Assembly (NCBI GenBank): GCA_965231105.1 | Contig: OZ246417.1 | Location: 768,908 to 832,907 of the forward strand | Reading direction: 5' to 3' | DNA from: an uncultured Candidatus Saccharibacteria bacterium | Lineage (GTDB): Bacteria; Patescibacteriota; Saccharimonadia; Saccharimonadales; JACDBH01 | Length of the DNA: 64,000 nt | Part shown: in pieces, positions 27,749 to 36,751 of the stretch | Layout: every line of letters starts with the position of its first letter | How positions within the stretch are numbered: the stretch's first letter is position 1 | Notes under the pieces: model-generated | Told to the model about the DNA's origin: nothing | Database searches by the model: none | The model's input: the letters and a program-made list of their open reading frames with translations, nothing else | Translations under genes and position numbers: made by a program

Positions 27749-28687
27749 ATGAAATTGCCCCCGGCACGTTATATTAAAGCCGCTGCATATGGCGCAGGCG
27801 TAGGTTCTGCATTCGCAACTGAAGGTATGGCGCATGGTGTCTCGACCTTGGCACATCGATCACGTAATCATGGTTCTGTTACGCTGCATCCAGCCCTTGA
27901 TGGATATTGCCGTTTTCGACTTTGGACTACAACTGGGCAAAAAGTTCGTCAGTGGGTGGGTGTACATCGTAAGCATCATCGTTATTCTGATGTCCCAGGC
28001 GATCCGCACTCTCCCGTCTTAGAAGGCAGCCGGGCAGTGAAGTGGTTTACAGCTTTTATGTATAGGCGAGAGTTACGCAATAGCCCCTCGCTCGTACAGG
28101 AATACGCGCCAGATCTAGCACAACCAGATAAACTGGATAAATACATATTCGACCGTGGTTCTCTCGGAGTACTTGGTGTACAGCCATTGATGTTGGCGGG
28201 TGCCTTGCGGGCCGTGGGGCTACGCAGGAAAGATGAACTTGCTATTGGCACTGCAGCTGCTACGGCTACTTCGTTATGGATTGCACTTCGAGCAGGCGGT
28301 GAAGTGAACTCACGATCTCATGAGGGGGCAGAGCGAGATCCAGAAACTTATGATTACAGCATAAATTTGGGTGAAGGGGTGCCCGGTGTTAAGGGTAAAA
28401 TAATTCGAGCAATCGGTTCTATTTCTACCGCCGGAGAGGCGACGGGCCACAGAAACCATCATCTGAGTCCTGAGAGCGCTATTTTTAATGAGAAACCGGC
28501 ACTAGATCCGGTAGGTGCATATATTGGCTTTTTACATAGAGTGGGCCTAGCGGAGATTCATCATGTTGATCCGAGGGTTGATCCCAGGGATAAGTACCCG
28601 CGTGCTCAAGGAGACGAGCTAATGCGTCTCCAACAGATAACACCTGCACATATTCTTTCTGAGCAGCCAAGCACTATTGTTGCCTAA
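27749..28687 (+). CDS. Acyl-CoA Delta9-desaturase-family protein (atypical, lacks N-terminal TM helices)
   Basis: Three His boxes in the canonical order: HRSRNH, HRKHHRYSDVPGDPHSP, HRNHH. NS..H and GE..HRNHH..P.SA segments are also present. Confidence 0.65.
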   Translation: MKLPPARYIKAAAYGAGVGSAFATEGMAHGVSTLAHRSRNHGSVTLHPALDGYCRFRLWTTTGQKVRQWVGVHRKHHRYSDVPGDPHSPVLEGSRAVKWFTAFMYRRELRNSPSLVQEYAPDLAQPDKLDKYIFDRGSLGVLGVQPLMLAGALRAVGLRRKDELAIGTAAATATSLWIALRAGGEVNSRSHEGAERDPETYDYSINLGEGVPGVKGKIIRAIGSISTAGEATGHRNHHLSPESAIFNEKPALDPVGAYIGFLHRVGLAEIHHVDPRVDPRDKYPRAQGDELMRLQQITPAHILSEQPSTIVA

Positions 28688-28941
28688 CCAATTCGGATAA
28701 TTATTCGCTTTTCAGTCTTAAGCTGCTTTTGTAGGGTGTGTAGATGCGGTCTTAAGCTGCCGGCTAATGCCGCAGACTGTGCAGTTATGACAATCACGTG
28801 TGTTTGAATGGCAACGCCTACTTCTTTATCGAAGTGTCGTTTTACGTACGCCTTAATTTCTTTTACCTCAGGTGGAATATCGAAGTCTTTGCTGCCCAAA
28901 ATATCAAACAAGCTTTGCATCCATCTATTGTACCGTGTCAC
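28684..28941 (-). CDS. DUF721 (DciA-like) small protein
   Basis: The C-terminal pattern VAIQTHVIVITAQSAALAGSLRPHLHTLQKQL...RIIIRIG resembles DUF721. Weak call. Confidence 0.4.
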   Translation of the reverse strand: MTRYNRWMQSLFDILGSKDFDIPPEVKEIKAYVKRHFDKEVGVAIQTHVIVITAQSAALAGSLRPHLHTLQKQLKTEKRIIIRIG

Positions 28942-28956
28942 TGTTACAATAGGGGC

Positions 28957-29841
28957 ATGCCAGAGCTTCCTGAGGTAGAAACAGCTCGGCGCGGTTTATC
29001 TGCGCTTATTATTAATAAAAAAGTTAAGGATGTATCGAACGATACGCCTAAGAGTTTTCCTAATGCAGAAGGGGATGTAGCTGAATTTTTTATTGGAGCG
29101 AAGGTTATTGATGTTCGCCGTCGGGCGAAGGTTTTACTAATTGATTTATCAAGTAAATATACGCTCATTACTCATTTAAAGATGACTGGACAGATGGTCT
29201 TTCGTGGTGAACAAGTTTTTGGGGCGGGGCATCCAAATGATTCATTGGTTGGCGAGCTCCCTGATCGCTCAACTCGCGTGATTATTACTTTTCAGGATGG
29301 TAGTCATCTGTACTTTAATGATCAGCGTAAATTTGGCTGGATGCGTCTCATTCCTACTATCGAAGTAGAAAATATAGATTTCTTTAAGAAAGTTGGTCCT
29401 GAACCTTTGAGTGATGACTTTACTCCAGATATTTTTATCAAACGTATACACAAGCGAGCCAATACAACAATAAAAGCTGCGTTATTAGACCAAACGGTGT
29501 TAGCGGGAGTCGGCAATATTTATGCTGATGAAGCGCTATGGGGGGCAAAAATTCATCCCGCAGAACGAGTGCGAGACGTTTCACTTGCGAAGCTTAAGAA
29601 ATTACATGAGGAGTTACGCTTTGTCCTCAACCTGAGTATTGAAAAAGGCGGCTCAACAGATAGAAATTATGTGAACGCTGAGGGTAAAAAAGGCAGCTAT
29701 ATAAGCTTTGCTCGAGTCTTTAGACGTGAAGGAAAAGCGTGTCCTCGGCATCCAGATACTGTCATTATCAAGACGCGGGTAGCGGGAAGGGGTACACATA
29801 TTTGCCCACGATGCCAGAAGTTACTTGGCAAGATGAGTTAG
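28957..29841 (+). CDS. mutM: Formamidopyrimidine-DNA glycosylase
   Basis: MPELPEVE N-terminus (catalytic Pro2/Glu3), H2TH region, and C-terminal zinc finger C-x2-H...CPRC. The ORF-track start at 28798 is a spurious 5' extension. Confidence 0.9.
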   Translation: MPELPEVETARRGLSALIINKKVKDVSNDTPKSFPNAEGDVAEFFIGAKVIDVRRRAKVLLIDLSSKYTLITHLKMTGQMVFRGEQVFGAGHPNDSLVGELPDRSTRVIITFQDGSHLYFNDQRKFGWMRLIPTIEVENIDFFKKVGPEPLSDDFTPDIFIKRIHKRANTTIKAALLDQTVLAGVGNIYADEALWGAKIHPAERVRDVSLAKLKKLHEELRFVLNLSIEKGGSTDRNYVNAEGKKGSYISFARVFRREGKACPRHPDTVIIKTRVAGRGTHICPRCQKLLGKMS

Positions 29842-31998
29842 TAGCTTGGTTACGTCTTTTATATCTCTTATTCGATAACGGGCATAAGTACGGCCGTGAC
29901 CAACTTTAATGGTATAGGCTGTTTCTGGGAGGGCAGCGAACATAAATTCATCAGTGTAATCATCGCCGATTGCTAATACAAAATCATGATGTGGCGCTAC
30001 ATAGCTATCAACGATGGAACTTTTATTTAGTTGTGGAGGCTTTATCTCAATAATCTTATTGCCCTGATATATACCTAAATTATGTTCTTTTGCGAGCGCA
30101 TAGAGAGCGGGACGCATGATCACAATGTGCTTCTGGGCATAGTAGGGTGATGCGGCACGGTAGTGCCAAACTAAGGAGTGCGGTTTTTCCTCAACAAAGG
30201 CACCCGGAGTTATAGAGGCAAATTCCTGAAGCAATGAATAAACAATAGGCTTCCAGTCTGCATCCGACTCAACAACCGTCTTCCATTCCTTGCCCGGAAT
30301 ACGGACCTTTGCACCATGCTCAGAGGCAAGAATTAAAGGTAGATTTCCAAGCCATTTTTGTAGATCGGTTTGTGAGCGACCGCTTACCACCGCAACGTCA
30401 CCGTCTTTTCGTTTACTAAGTTTCTGTAAGATATTCAGAACATTTGAGCTTGGCTTTGAGTCGGAGGGGTTATCGAAAAACGGTGTTAACACACCGTCAT
30501 AATCAAGGAGCAGGAGGGGACGTTTCGCGGTATGGTAGGCTTTTTCAAGCTGGTTTTGAACAGGGCGCGTTAAGGGAAGTGTGATCGACCGTCGTTTTGT
30601 GGCTGATTGTTTTAGATTTGTCATGAAAGAACTAGCCCAACGCTGCACGCCATTATTCTCAACGACCTTCTGCATGTTTTTGAGTCGATTCTGAAGTTCG
30701 GTAGGAGACATGGTAAGTGCCTTGTTGAGTGCGCCCACTAAAGACCGCTGTCTTCGAGGATTAACAAGAATCGCTTGTTCAAGTTCTTCGGCGGCTCCCG
30801 CTGTTTGGCTTAAAATCAGAGCACCTCTGCCTGTCTGTTGGCTTGCGACATATTCTTTCGCAACAAGGTTCATACCATCTTTAAGCGGGGCTACAAAAGC
30901 GATATCTGCAAACTGATAAAGAGCACTTAATTCTTCAAAGGGAACAGAGGTATAGCGGTAATGAATGGGTTGCCAGCTTCTTGTGCCGAATGAGTTATTA
31001 ATTCTTTCAACGAGCTCATCTACATGCTCCTTAAGTTTTTGATACGCTTCAATCTCACCACGAGACGGCACCGCGATCATGAGCATAATGACCTTACGGT
31101 GCAGTTTAGGGTTTTTTTCGAGCAAAGATTCAAACGCCCGTAAACGTTCAGGGAAAGCTTTGGTAGGATCAAGGCGATCTACCGTAAGGATAGTTTTATA
31201 ACGTCCGTAGACTCGATTCAACCGTCTTAGATGGGGACGAACAGAGCGAGAATTGGCTGCCCGGGAGAATTTCTCATAATTAATACCGATAGGAAAATCA
31301 GAAACACGTACATTCCGGTTGGGTAAAATAACCTGATCACCGCCGGCCACCCCCACACCAAGTAGGGTGGTAGTTTCTAGAAAATTATGTACATAGGAAG
31401 GGGTATGGAAACCAACCAAATCGGCTCCAAGTATGCCTTTTATAAGAAGCTCGGCCTCTTTTAGCTCAATAAACTTTTCTGCTTCCGGAAAAGGGATGTG
31501 CAGGAAGAAACCAATAGATGATCGAGTATTTTGTTTTCTCAGTAAGTGCGGGAGGAGCAACAGCTGGTAATCATGAACCCAAATAGTACTCTTAGGTTTC
31601 TGATAGCGGGCAACAGCTTTCGCGAAAAGCTCATTAACCTCTTTATATACTTTCCACCAATCTTGAGCAACTTTAGCTTCAATGGGCATTGTATGAAGAT
31701 GAGGCCATAGCACAGAATTGCTGTATCCGTTATAGAAGCCCTCAAACTGGCGACGAGTTAAGAAAACTGGCTTACAGTTCTGTTTTGCAAGCTCAGCGGT
31801 GATTTTTTGCTTGTCTTCTTTGGTGAGGTCTTCGTTGACCATGCCGGGCCAGCCAATCCAGACCGAACCTTTTCGTTTAGCAAGTCCAGACATGCTGGTC
31901 GCTAACCCCCCGGAACTGGGGTAAAATTCGAGTTTTCCACTCTCCGTCTTCTTTACGCTCACCGGCAACCGGTTCGAAACGATGATGGTCTCCGCCAT
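29821..31998 (-). CDS. Bifunctional trehalose-6-phosphate synthase/phosphatase (OtsA-OtsB fusion)
   Basis: GT20 domain (IIVSNRLPV...GGLA...WIGWPG...VHDYQLLLLP...DGMNLVAKEY), then a HAD phosphatase (LLLDYDGVLTP...GDDYTDE). The start at MAETIIV (31998) is preferred. Confidence 0.85.
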   Translation of the reverse strand: MAETIIVSNRLPVSVKKTESGKLEFYPSSGGLATSMSGLAKRKGSVWIGWPGMVNEDLTKEDKQKITAELAKQNCKPVFLTRRQFEGFYNGYSNSVLWPHLHTMPIEAKVAQDWWKVYKEVNELFAKAVARYQKPKSTIWVHDYQLLLLPHLLRKQNTRSSIGFFLHIPFPEAEKFIELKEAELLIKGILGADLVGFHTPSYVHNFLETTTLLGVGVAGGDQVILPNRNVRVSDFPIGINYEKFSRAANSRSVRPHLRRLNRVYGRYKTILTVDRLDPTKAFPERLRAFESLLEKNPKLHRKVIMLMIAVPSRGEIEAYQKLKEHVDELVERINNSFGTRSWQPIHYRYTSVPFEELSALYQFADIAFVAPLKDGMNLVAKEYVASQQTGRGALILSQTAGAAEELEQAILVNPRRQRSLVGALNKALTMSPTELQNRLKNMQKVVENNGVQRWASSFMTNLKQSATKRRSITLPLTRPVQNQLEKAYHTAKRPLLLLDYDGVLTPFFDNPSDSKPSSNVLNILQKLSKRKDGDVAVVSGRSQTDLQKWLGNLPLILASEHGAKVRIPGKEWKTVVESDADWKPIVYSLLQEFASITPGAFVEEKPHSLVWHYRAASPYYAQKHIVIMRPALYALAKEHNLGIYQGNKIIEIKPPQLNKSSIVDSYVAPHHDFVLAIGDDYTDEFMFAALPETAYTIKVGHGRTYARYRIRDIKDVTKLLTHLAK

Positions 31999-32103
31999 GC
32001 AACTCTTTATTATACCGTATCTTTCAAGATGAAGCATAAGAGCATTTGACAACGAGAGGTGACAGCAGCATAATTATTAAAAATAGGTTAAAGAAGACAG
32101 GTT

Positions 32104-32577
32104 ATGGCAGAAAACTTACTTTCGCAATTTCCTGCGCGTTCAAGCTCTGAAATTATGCAGTACAGAGATGGTAGACGCGTACGGATGTTTAGTGTTCCTG
32201 GTGTTAGTGTCCAGCTCACTGGTTTTGAAACGGCTATTATCGCGACCGAGTATGGTCGAAGGTTTGCGGTAGGCGAGGGCTCACTCATTGAACTGCCGAA
32301 ATTTAATATGGCAGAACAGCGTTTTGGTAAAGCGGGTGATCGAGTACCTGGCGTGCGAACTGTTGATATTCCCGGCGGATTAGCTGAAGTCGCTATAGGT
32401 GCGGTGTGGGCTCAGGCACAAGATGCAGGATCAGTAACGAGTGTTATGTTTGATTGTGGTACATCAGAAAGAAGGGCACTCGATCCCGATGCTATTCAGT
32501 TCCCCGGGCAAAATCCTTTTGATTCAGCCACCATACTACTAAAAGAGGCAATTCATCCCACGTCGCCACAGCTTTAA
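32104..32577 (+). CDS. Hypothetical protein
   Basis: ORF only. No motif recognised. Confidence 0.4.
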   Translation: MAENLLSQFPARSSSEIMQYRDGRRVRMFSVPGVSVQLTGFETAIIATEYGRRFAVGEGSLIELPKFNMAEQRFGKAGDRVPGVRTVDIPGGLAEVAIGAVWAQAQDAGSVTSVMFDCGTSERRALDPDAIQFPGQNPFDSATILLKEAIHPTSPQL

Positions 32578-32605
32578 GAGGCAAAGCTGCTAGAATAGCA
32601 ACACG

Positions 32606-33520
32606 ATGATATGTGTGCTAACGGGAGCGAATGATTTTACAAGAAAAGCAGAGCTTAAAAAGCTTGTGCAGTCTTTTATTGTTGAGCATGGTGATTTTGG
32701 ACTTGAGAAGATAGATGCAGGCGAGGTAGAGCTTGGTCGTTTCCTTGAAAGCATCGCAAGCTTGCCATTCCTAGCGCCCCGACGGATGATCGTTCTGGAC
32801 CAACCGAGCAGCAATAAATCAATTAACGAAAACATCGATAAGCTACTCGATTCTGTGGCCGAGACGACGGATCTTATTATTGTTGAGCCGAAGTTTGATA
32901 AACGCTCAGTTCTGTATAAAACCCTTAAGAAAAAAGCTGATTTTAGGGAGTTTAACGAACTTGATGAGCAAGGTCTGGCACGGTGGCTTGTTACCGAAGC
33001 CAAAGCGCGGGATGGAGAACTAAGCCTATCGGATGCTAGCTACTTAGTGCAGCGTGTAGGCATTAATCAACTCACCGCGAGCAACGAGCTCGACAAACTT
33101 CTTATCTATGATGCGCTCATCACGCGCGAAACGATCGATTATTTAACAGAACAACTTCCACAAAGCAGTGTTTTCGATCTCCTTGATGCGGCGTTTTCAG
33201 GCAATACCAAACGGGCAATGGAACTGTATCAAGAGCAGCGTACACAGCAAGTAGAACCGCAGGCAATTATGGGAATGATCGTATGGCAGGTGCATGTTAT
33301 TGCGGTAGTGAAGGCGAATGAAAAGTTGTCCCCAGATGAAATTGCACGGGCTGCCAAGCTCAACCCATATGTTATTAGAAAGACTCAGAGTTTGACACGT
33401 AACCTTTCTTTAAAACAGGTAAAAGAACTGGTGGCCCGTACGCTAGCGCTTGATGTGCGGCTTAAATCAGAAGCGGTTGATGCCGATGATGCAGTTCAGC
33501 ATTTTCTCATAACGTTATAA
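32606..33520 (+). CDS. holA: DNA polymerase III subunit delta
   Basis: Length and pattern (LTGANDF...SLPFLAPRRMIVL...LDKLLIY...FDLLDA...) fit HolA. Confidence 0.72.
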   Translation: MICVLTGANDFTRKAELKKLVQSFIVEHGDFGLEKIDAGEVELGRFLESIASLPFLAPRRMIVLDQPSSNKSINENIDKLLDSVAETTDLIIVEPKFDKRSVLYKTLKKKADFREFNELDEQGLARWLVTEAKARDGELSLSDASYLVQRVGINQLTASNELDKLLIYDALITRETIDYLTEQLPQSSVFDLLDAAFSGNTKRAMELYQEQRTQQVEPQAIMGMIVWQVHVIAVVKANEKLSPDEIARAAKLNPYVIRKTQSLTRNLSLKQVKELVARTLALDVRLKSEAVDADDAVQHFLITL

Positions 33521-33545
33521 AAACCGCCCCAGCAAGGAGCGGTTT
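33516..33545 (-). terminator. Terminator hairpin between holA and rpsT (T-tail on the minus strand)
   Basis: AAACCGC-11 nt-GCGGTTT. Read on the minus strand, the stem is followed by TTTTTAT. Confidence 0.5.
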
Positions 33546-33565
33546 ATAGCTTATGGATTTTATAC

Positions 33566-33910
33566 TTACTTCTTTTTTGCAGGAGCTTTTTTGGCCGCTG
33601 GTTTCTTAGCAGCAGGTTTCTTGGTGGGAGACGCTTTCTTTGGAGTAGCGGCCTTCTTCTCGACTTTTACGCCCGCTTTTTTGGCGGCAGCGGCAAGTTG
33701 GCGTTTCTTGCGAGCAACTTTATTCTTATGCATCAAACCCTTCTTAGCGGCGGTATCAAGTGCGCTTTGAGCTTTGCTGTGGCTTTGAGAGCTTGATTTC
33801 TTAGTAAATGCTTTAAGGGCAGAGCGGAGGCTCTTCTTGACCTTGGCATTGCGGATAGTAGCTTTGCGGGTTGTTTTGACACGCTTTTTAGCGGACTTGA
33901 TAATTGGCAT
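33566..33910 (-). CDS. rpsT: 30S ribosomal protein S20 with Lys/Ala-rich C-terminal tail
   Basis: The MPIIKSAKKRVKTTRKATIRNAKVKKSLRSALK core is followed by AAAAKKAGVKVEKKAATPKKASPTKKPAAKKPAAKKAPAKKK. Confidence 0.9.
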   Translation of the reverse strand: MPIIKSAKKRVKTTRKATIRNAKVKKSLRSALKAFTKKSSSQSHSKAQSALDTAAKKGLMHKNKVARKKRQLAAAAKKAGVKVEKKAATPKKASPTKKPAAKKPAAKKAPAKKK

Positions 33911-33953
33911 GAATTTTTCCTTCTTAAATGATTATTAAAAACTCTAATGCTCA

Positions 33954-33982
33954 ACTATACCGTTTTCGCCCCTGTTTGTAAA
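33954..33982 (-). promoter_or_regulatory. rpsT promoter (TTTACA-17-TATAGT on the minus strand)
   Basis: Hexamers with an exact 17-nt spacer. SD GAAGGA lies upstream of the ATG at 33910. Confidence 0.45.
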
Positions 33983-34065
33983 GTGTTGGCGCTTATTGAG
34001 TGGAATATTGTAGACTTGTCAAACCGTTTATGCTACTATGCAAACAAATAATCCAAAATAAAAAC

Positions 34066-35709
34066 ATGAACCCACAAGAAGTACAATCAGCTGGCCCGAA
34101 ACAACAAGTTATTGAGCGCATTCGAACAGCGGTAAATGTCCTGGTTACCGTTTCGGCTAACCCGAGTGTTGATCAGCTGTCTGCGGCAATCGGCTTTACC
34201 TTAATGCTTAATAAACTTGGTAAGCACGCGACCACAGTCTTTAGCGGGCAAGTGCCTTCGACTATAGAATTCCTAAAGCCAGAAGAGACAATTGAAAAGA
34301 ATACCGATTCTTTGCGGGACTTTATCGTATCGCTCGACAAGAGTAAGGCAGATAAGCTGCGTTATAAAGTTGAAGAAAATGTCGTCAAGATTTTCATCAC
34401 TCCTTATCGCACTTCAATTAGCGAGAAAGATCTGCAGTTTAGCCAAGGCGACTTTAATGTGGATGCGGTTATCGCTCTTGGCGTAACCGATCAAAAGCAA
34501 TTAGATCAAGCTGTTACGGCCCATGGTCGTATTCTCCACGATGCTACTGTTATTACGGTTAGTGCAGGGCAGCAAGTTTCGACGCTCGGGGCTATTAACT
34601 GGCAAGATGCATCCGCTGCCTCCTTATGTGAAATGTTGGTTGAGGTTGGTGAAACCCTGCAACCAAACCTTCTTGATACTCAGCAGGCAACAGCCTTCCT
34701 TACCGGTATTGTTGCTCAAACGGACCGGTTCAGTAATGCGAAAACTAGTCCTAAACTTATGAGTCTTGCAGCTCGCTTAATGGCGGCGGGGGCAAATCAG
34801 CAGCTTATTGCGACGCAACTTGAGAATGCAACGATAGTGCCACTCAAGGAAACTGCGGCTGCTCCTGTGCCTCCTGCAGGAGGTGACGGTTCGCTTACCA
34901 TAGAACATGAAGCGAGCAAGGAACTTGAGGAAGAGAAGCTTGGCCAAATTGCCATCGATGAGCACGGCAATCTTTCTTCGCCAGAGCACGCGGACGGTAT
35001 CCTGCCTAAGCTCGCCGAACCCGCCATTACAAATGATGCTGCTAAGCCTACCGATGAGTTGTCCTTGCCTCCTGTTGAGGATGCGACTTCTTCTCAAAAT
35101 GCAAATACAGTAAGTGAGAATATTCCTCTCTCGCAGGACACAATTCCTCCTGCACTTGATGAAAACACCCTTCATGAAATCGAGAAGTCAGTAGCTAGCA
35201 AGCATGTTACTTCAGATCCAACCAGTACCTTGCGTGAGATTGAGTCGGTAGTTGATAGCCAGCACATTGCTCATGATCCAACCAGTACACTCGGCGAAAT
35301 TGAGAAGGTGATGGATAGCAAACATCTGCTTGGTAACCAAGAGCAACCAGCTCCCACGGTTATCGCACCCACACAGCCCGCCGAACCTGCCTTACCGGCC
35401 GATAATCTTGATGCAGCTCGTGATGCGGTAAGTAATGCAATAACGTCTGCACCGTATGACCCAACTCGTCCCGAACCGCTCCAAGCGCTCAATGCCAGCC
35501 CTGTTAATTTACCGTTGGGCGGTGCGCCTATAATTACCCCAACCGTACCACCTGCAGATCAGGGAGCTTTTCCGCCGGCGCCAGCCGTTCCAACGCCACC
35601 ATTCCCCGCGTTCTCGACACCGCCACAACCATCATTGCCCCCAGCTTTTGATACGAGCGGCCAGACACCACCCCCCGTACCACCACCAATTACATTTAAT
35701 CAGCAGTAG
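34066..35709 (+). CDS. DHH/NrnA-like protein with degenerate catalytic motifs and a long Pro-rich C-terminal region
   Basis: NrnA-like scaffold (VLVTVSANPSVDQLSAAIGFTLMLNKLGK...LTGIVAQTDRFSN), but motif I (HxxPDGD) reads SANPSVD and the DHH position reads TVS. The C-terminal half is low-complexity. Confidence 0.5.
   Translation: MNPQEVQSAGPKQQVIERIRTAVNVLVTVSANPSVDQLSAAIGFTLMLNKLGKHATTVFSGQVPSTIEFLKPEETIEKNTDSLRDFIVSLDKSKADKLRYKVEENVVKIFITPYRTSISEKDLQFSQGDFNVDAVIALGVTDQKQLDQAVTAHGRILHDATVITVSAGQQVSTLGAINWQDASAASLCEMLVEVGETLQPNLLDTQQATAFLTGIVAQTDRFSNAKTSPKLMSLAARLMAAGANQQLIATQLENATIVPLKETAAAPVPPAGGDGSLTIEHEASKELEEEKLGQIAIDEHGNLSSPEHADGILPKLAEPAITNDAAKPTDELSLPPVEDATSSQNANTVSENIPLSQDTIPPALDENTLHEIEKSVASKHVTSDPTSTLREIESVVDSQHIAHDPTSTLGEIEKVMDSKHLLGNQEQPAPTVIAPTQPAEPALPADNLDAARDAVSNAITSAPYDPTRPEPLQALNASPVNLPLGGAPIITPTVPPADQGAFPPAPAVPTPPFPAFSTPPQPSLPPAFDTSGQTPPPVPPPITFNQQ
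35155..35334 (+). repeat. About 2.5-3 tandem copies of a 60-nt coding repeat
   Basis: gatccaaccagtac..t..g.ga.attgag recurs with an exact 60-nt period (35215 and 35275). It encodes (H/T)SDPTSTL(R/G)EIE(S/K)V(V/M)DS(Q/K)H. Confidence 0.7.
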
Positions 35710-35712
35710 GTT

Positions 35713-36036
35713 TTATCTATTCCTGCGTGGTATAGCGGCACCAGCTAAGGTGAGGGCAGCGCTCCCAAATATGGCTGCGATATAAACTCCGTCACCAATG
35801 TATTCTGCCGGCGCCTCTTCTTCCATGTCACTGCGGAGCGATACAACCGCCACTTCACTCTGTGTTGAAGCATCGGCACTGACAGGTCCCCACCGATCAA
35901 GAGGGTCTACAAATTTATCGACACACGCTACTACGGCTGTAGCGCCAAAGATACCTATACCAATTTTTGATATGACAGACAGTCTCTCAGAATTACTCAT
36001 GGTATAAGTGATACAATATAGAATCTTAATATTCAA
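35713..36036 (-). CDS. Hypothetical small membrane protein
   Basis: Two hydrophobic segments. ORF only. Confidence 0.35.
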   Translation of the reverse strand: MNIKILYCITYTMSNSERLSVISKIGIGIFGATAVVACVDKFVDPLDRWGPVSADASTQSEVAVVSLRSDMEEEAPAEYIGDGVYIAAIFGSAALTLAGAAIPRRNR

Positions 36037-36051
36037 GTATAGAATCAGGAT

Positions 36052-36726
36052 ATGAACGGTATTTTACTTATTGATAAACCTGCCGGCTGGACATCATTTG
36101 ATGTGGTAGCTAAAGTGCGTGGGCAGATCAGGAGAGAAACGGGACAAAAAAAGCCAAAAGTAGGGCATACGGGCACATTGGATCCGCTCGCCACAGGTTT
36201 ATTGGTTATTTTAGTTGGTTCGTACTGCAAACGAGCACAAGAGTTCTCAAAGCTCGATAAGAAGTACGAAGTTACCATGAAATTGGGTGAGGCAAGTACA
36301 ACAGGGGATGAAGAAGGCGAAAAGACTAAAGTTTCCGATAAAGAGCCTTCTGAATCAGCTTTGACGGCTGTCCTTAAGGAATTTACGGGCAATATTATGC
36401 AGACGCCACCCATCTATTCGGCTATTAAAGTAGATGGACAGCGAGCATACGCGTTGGCAAGGCAAGGGAAGGAAGTAAAGCTTGAACCACGTCCAGCTGT
36501 GATATATGGGATAACAGATGTGGAATATAACTATCCGGGAGTGCGATTTACTACTAAAGTGAGCTCGGGTACGTATATTCGTTCCCTCGTAGAAGATATT
36601 GGTAAGGAACTGGGCACGGGTGCATATATGAGTGCGCTTCGGCGTACCGAGGTGGGCGCGTTTACTCTAGATAGGGCTAAAGACATTAAGGATCACGATC
36701 TTTTACAGAGTATCTTTGACAAATAG
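36052..36726 (+). CDS. truB: tRNA pseudouridine(55) synthase
   Basis: GILLIDKPAGWTSFDVV...VGHTGTLDPLATGLL (catalytic Asp motif). Confidence 0.9.
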   Translation: MNGILLIDKPAGWTSFDVVAKVRGQIRRETGQKKPKVGHTGTLDPLATGLLVILVGSYCKRAQEFSKLDKKYEVTMKLGEASTTGDEEGEKTKVSDKEPSESALTAVLKEFTGNIMQTPPIYSAIKVDGQRAYALARQGKEVKLEPRPAVIYGITDVEYNYPGVRFTTKVSSGTYIRSLVEDIGKELGTGAYMSALRRTEVGAFTLDRAKDIKDHDLLQSIFDK

Positions 36727-36751
36727 AGCACAAGTTGTAATAAATAAGTAG

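Noticed and set aside
28798-28956. 5' extension of the mutM ORF (track start 28798) and the similar extension of the FMN reductase ORF (4231-4356).
   Set aside because: Fpg must begin MPELPEVE because Pro2 is catalytic. The reductase family begins at MPKVMVLLGS. Both extensions overlap neighbouring genes and encode implausible peptides.
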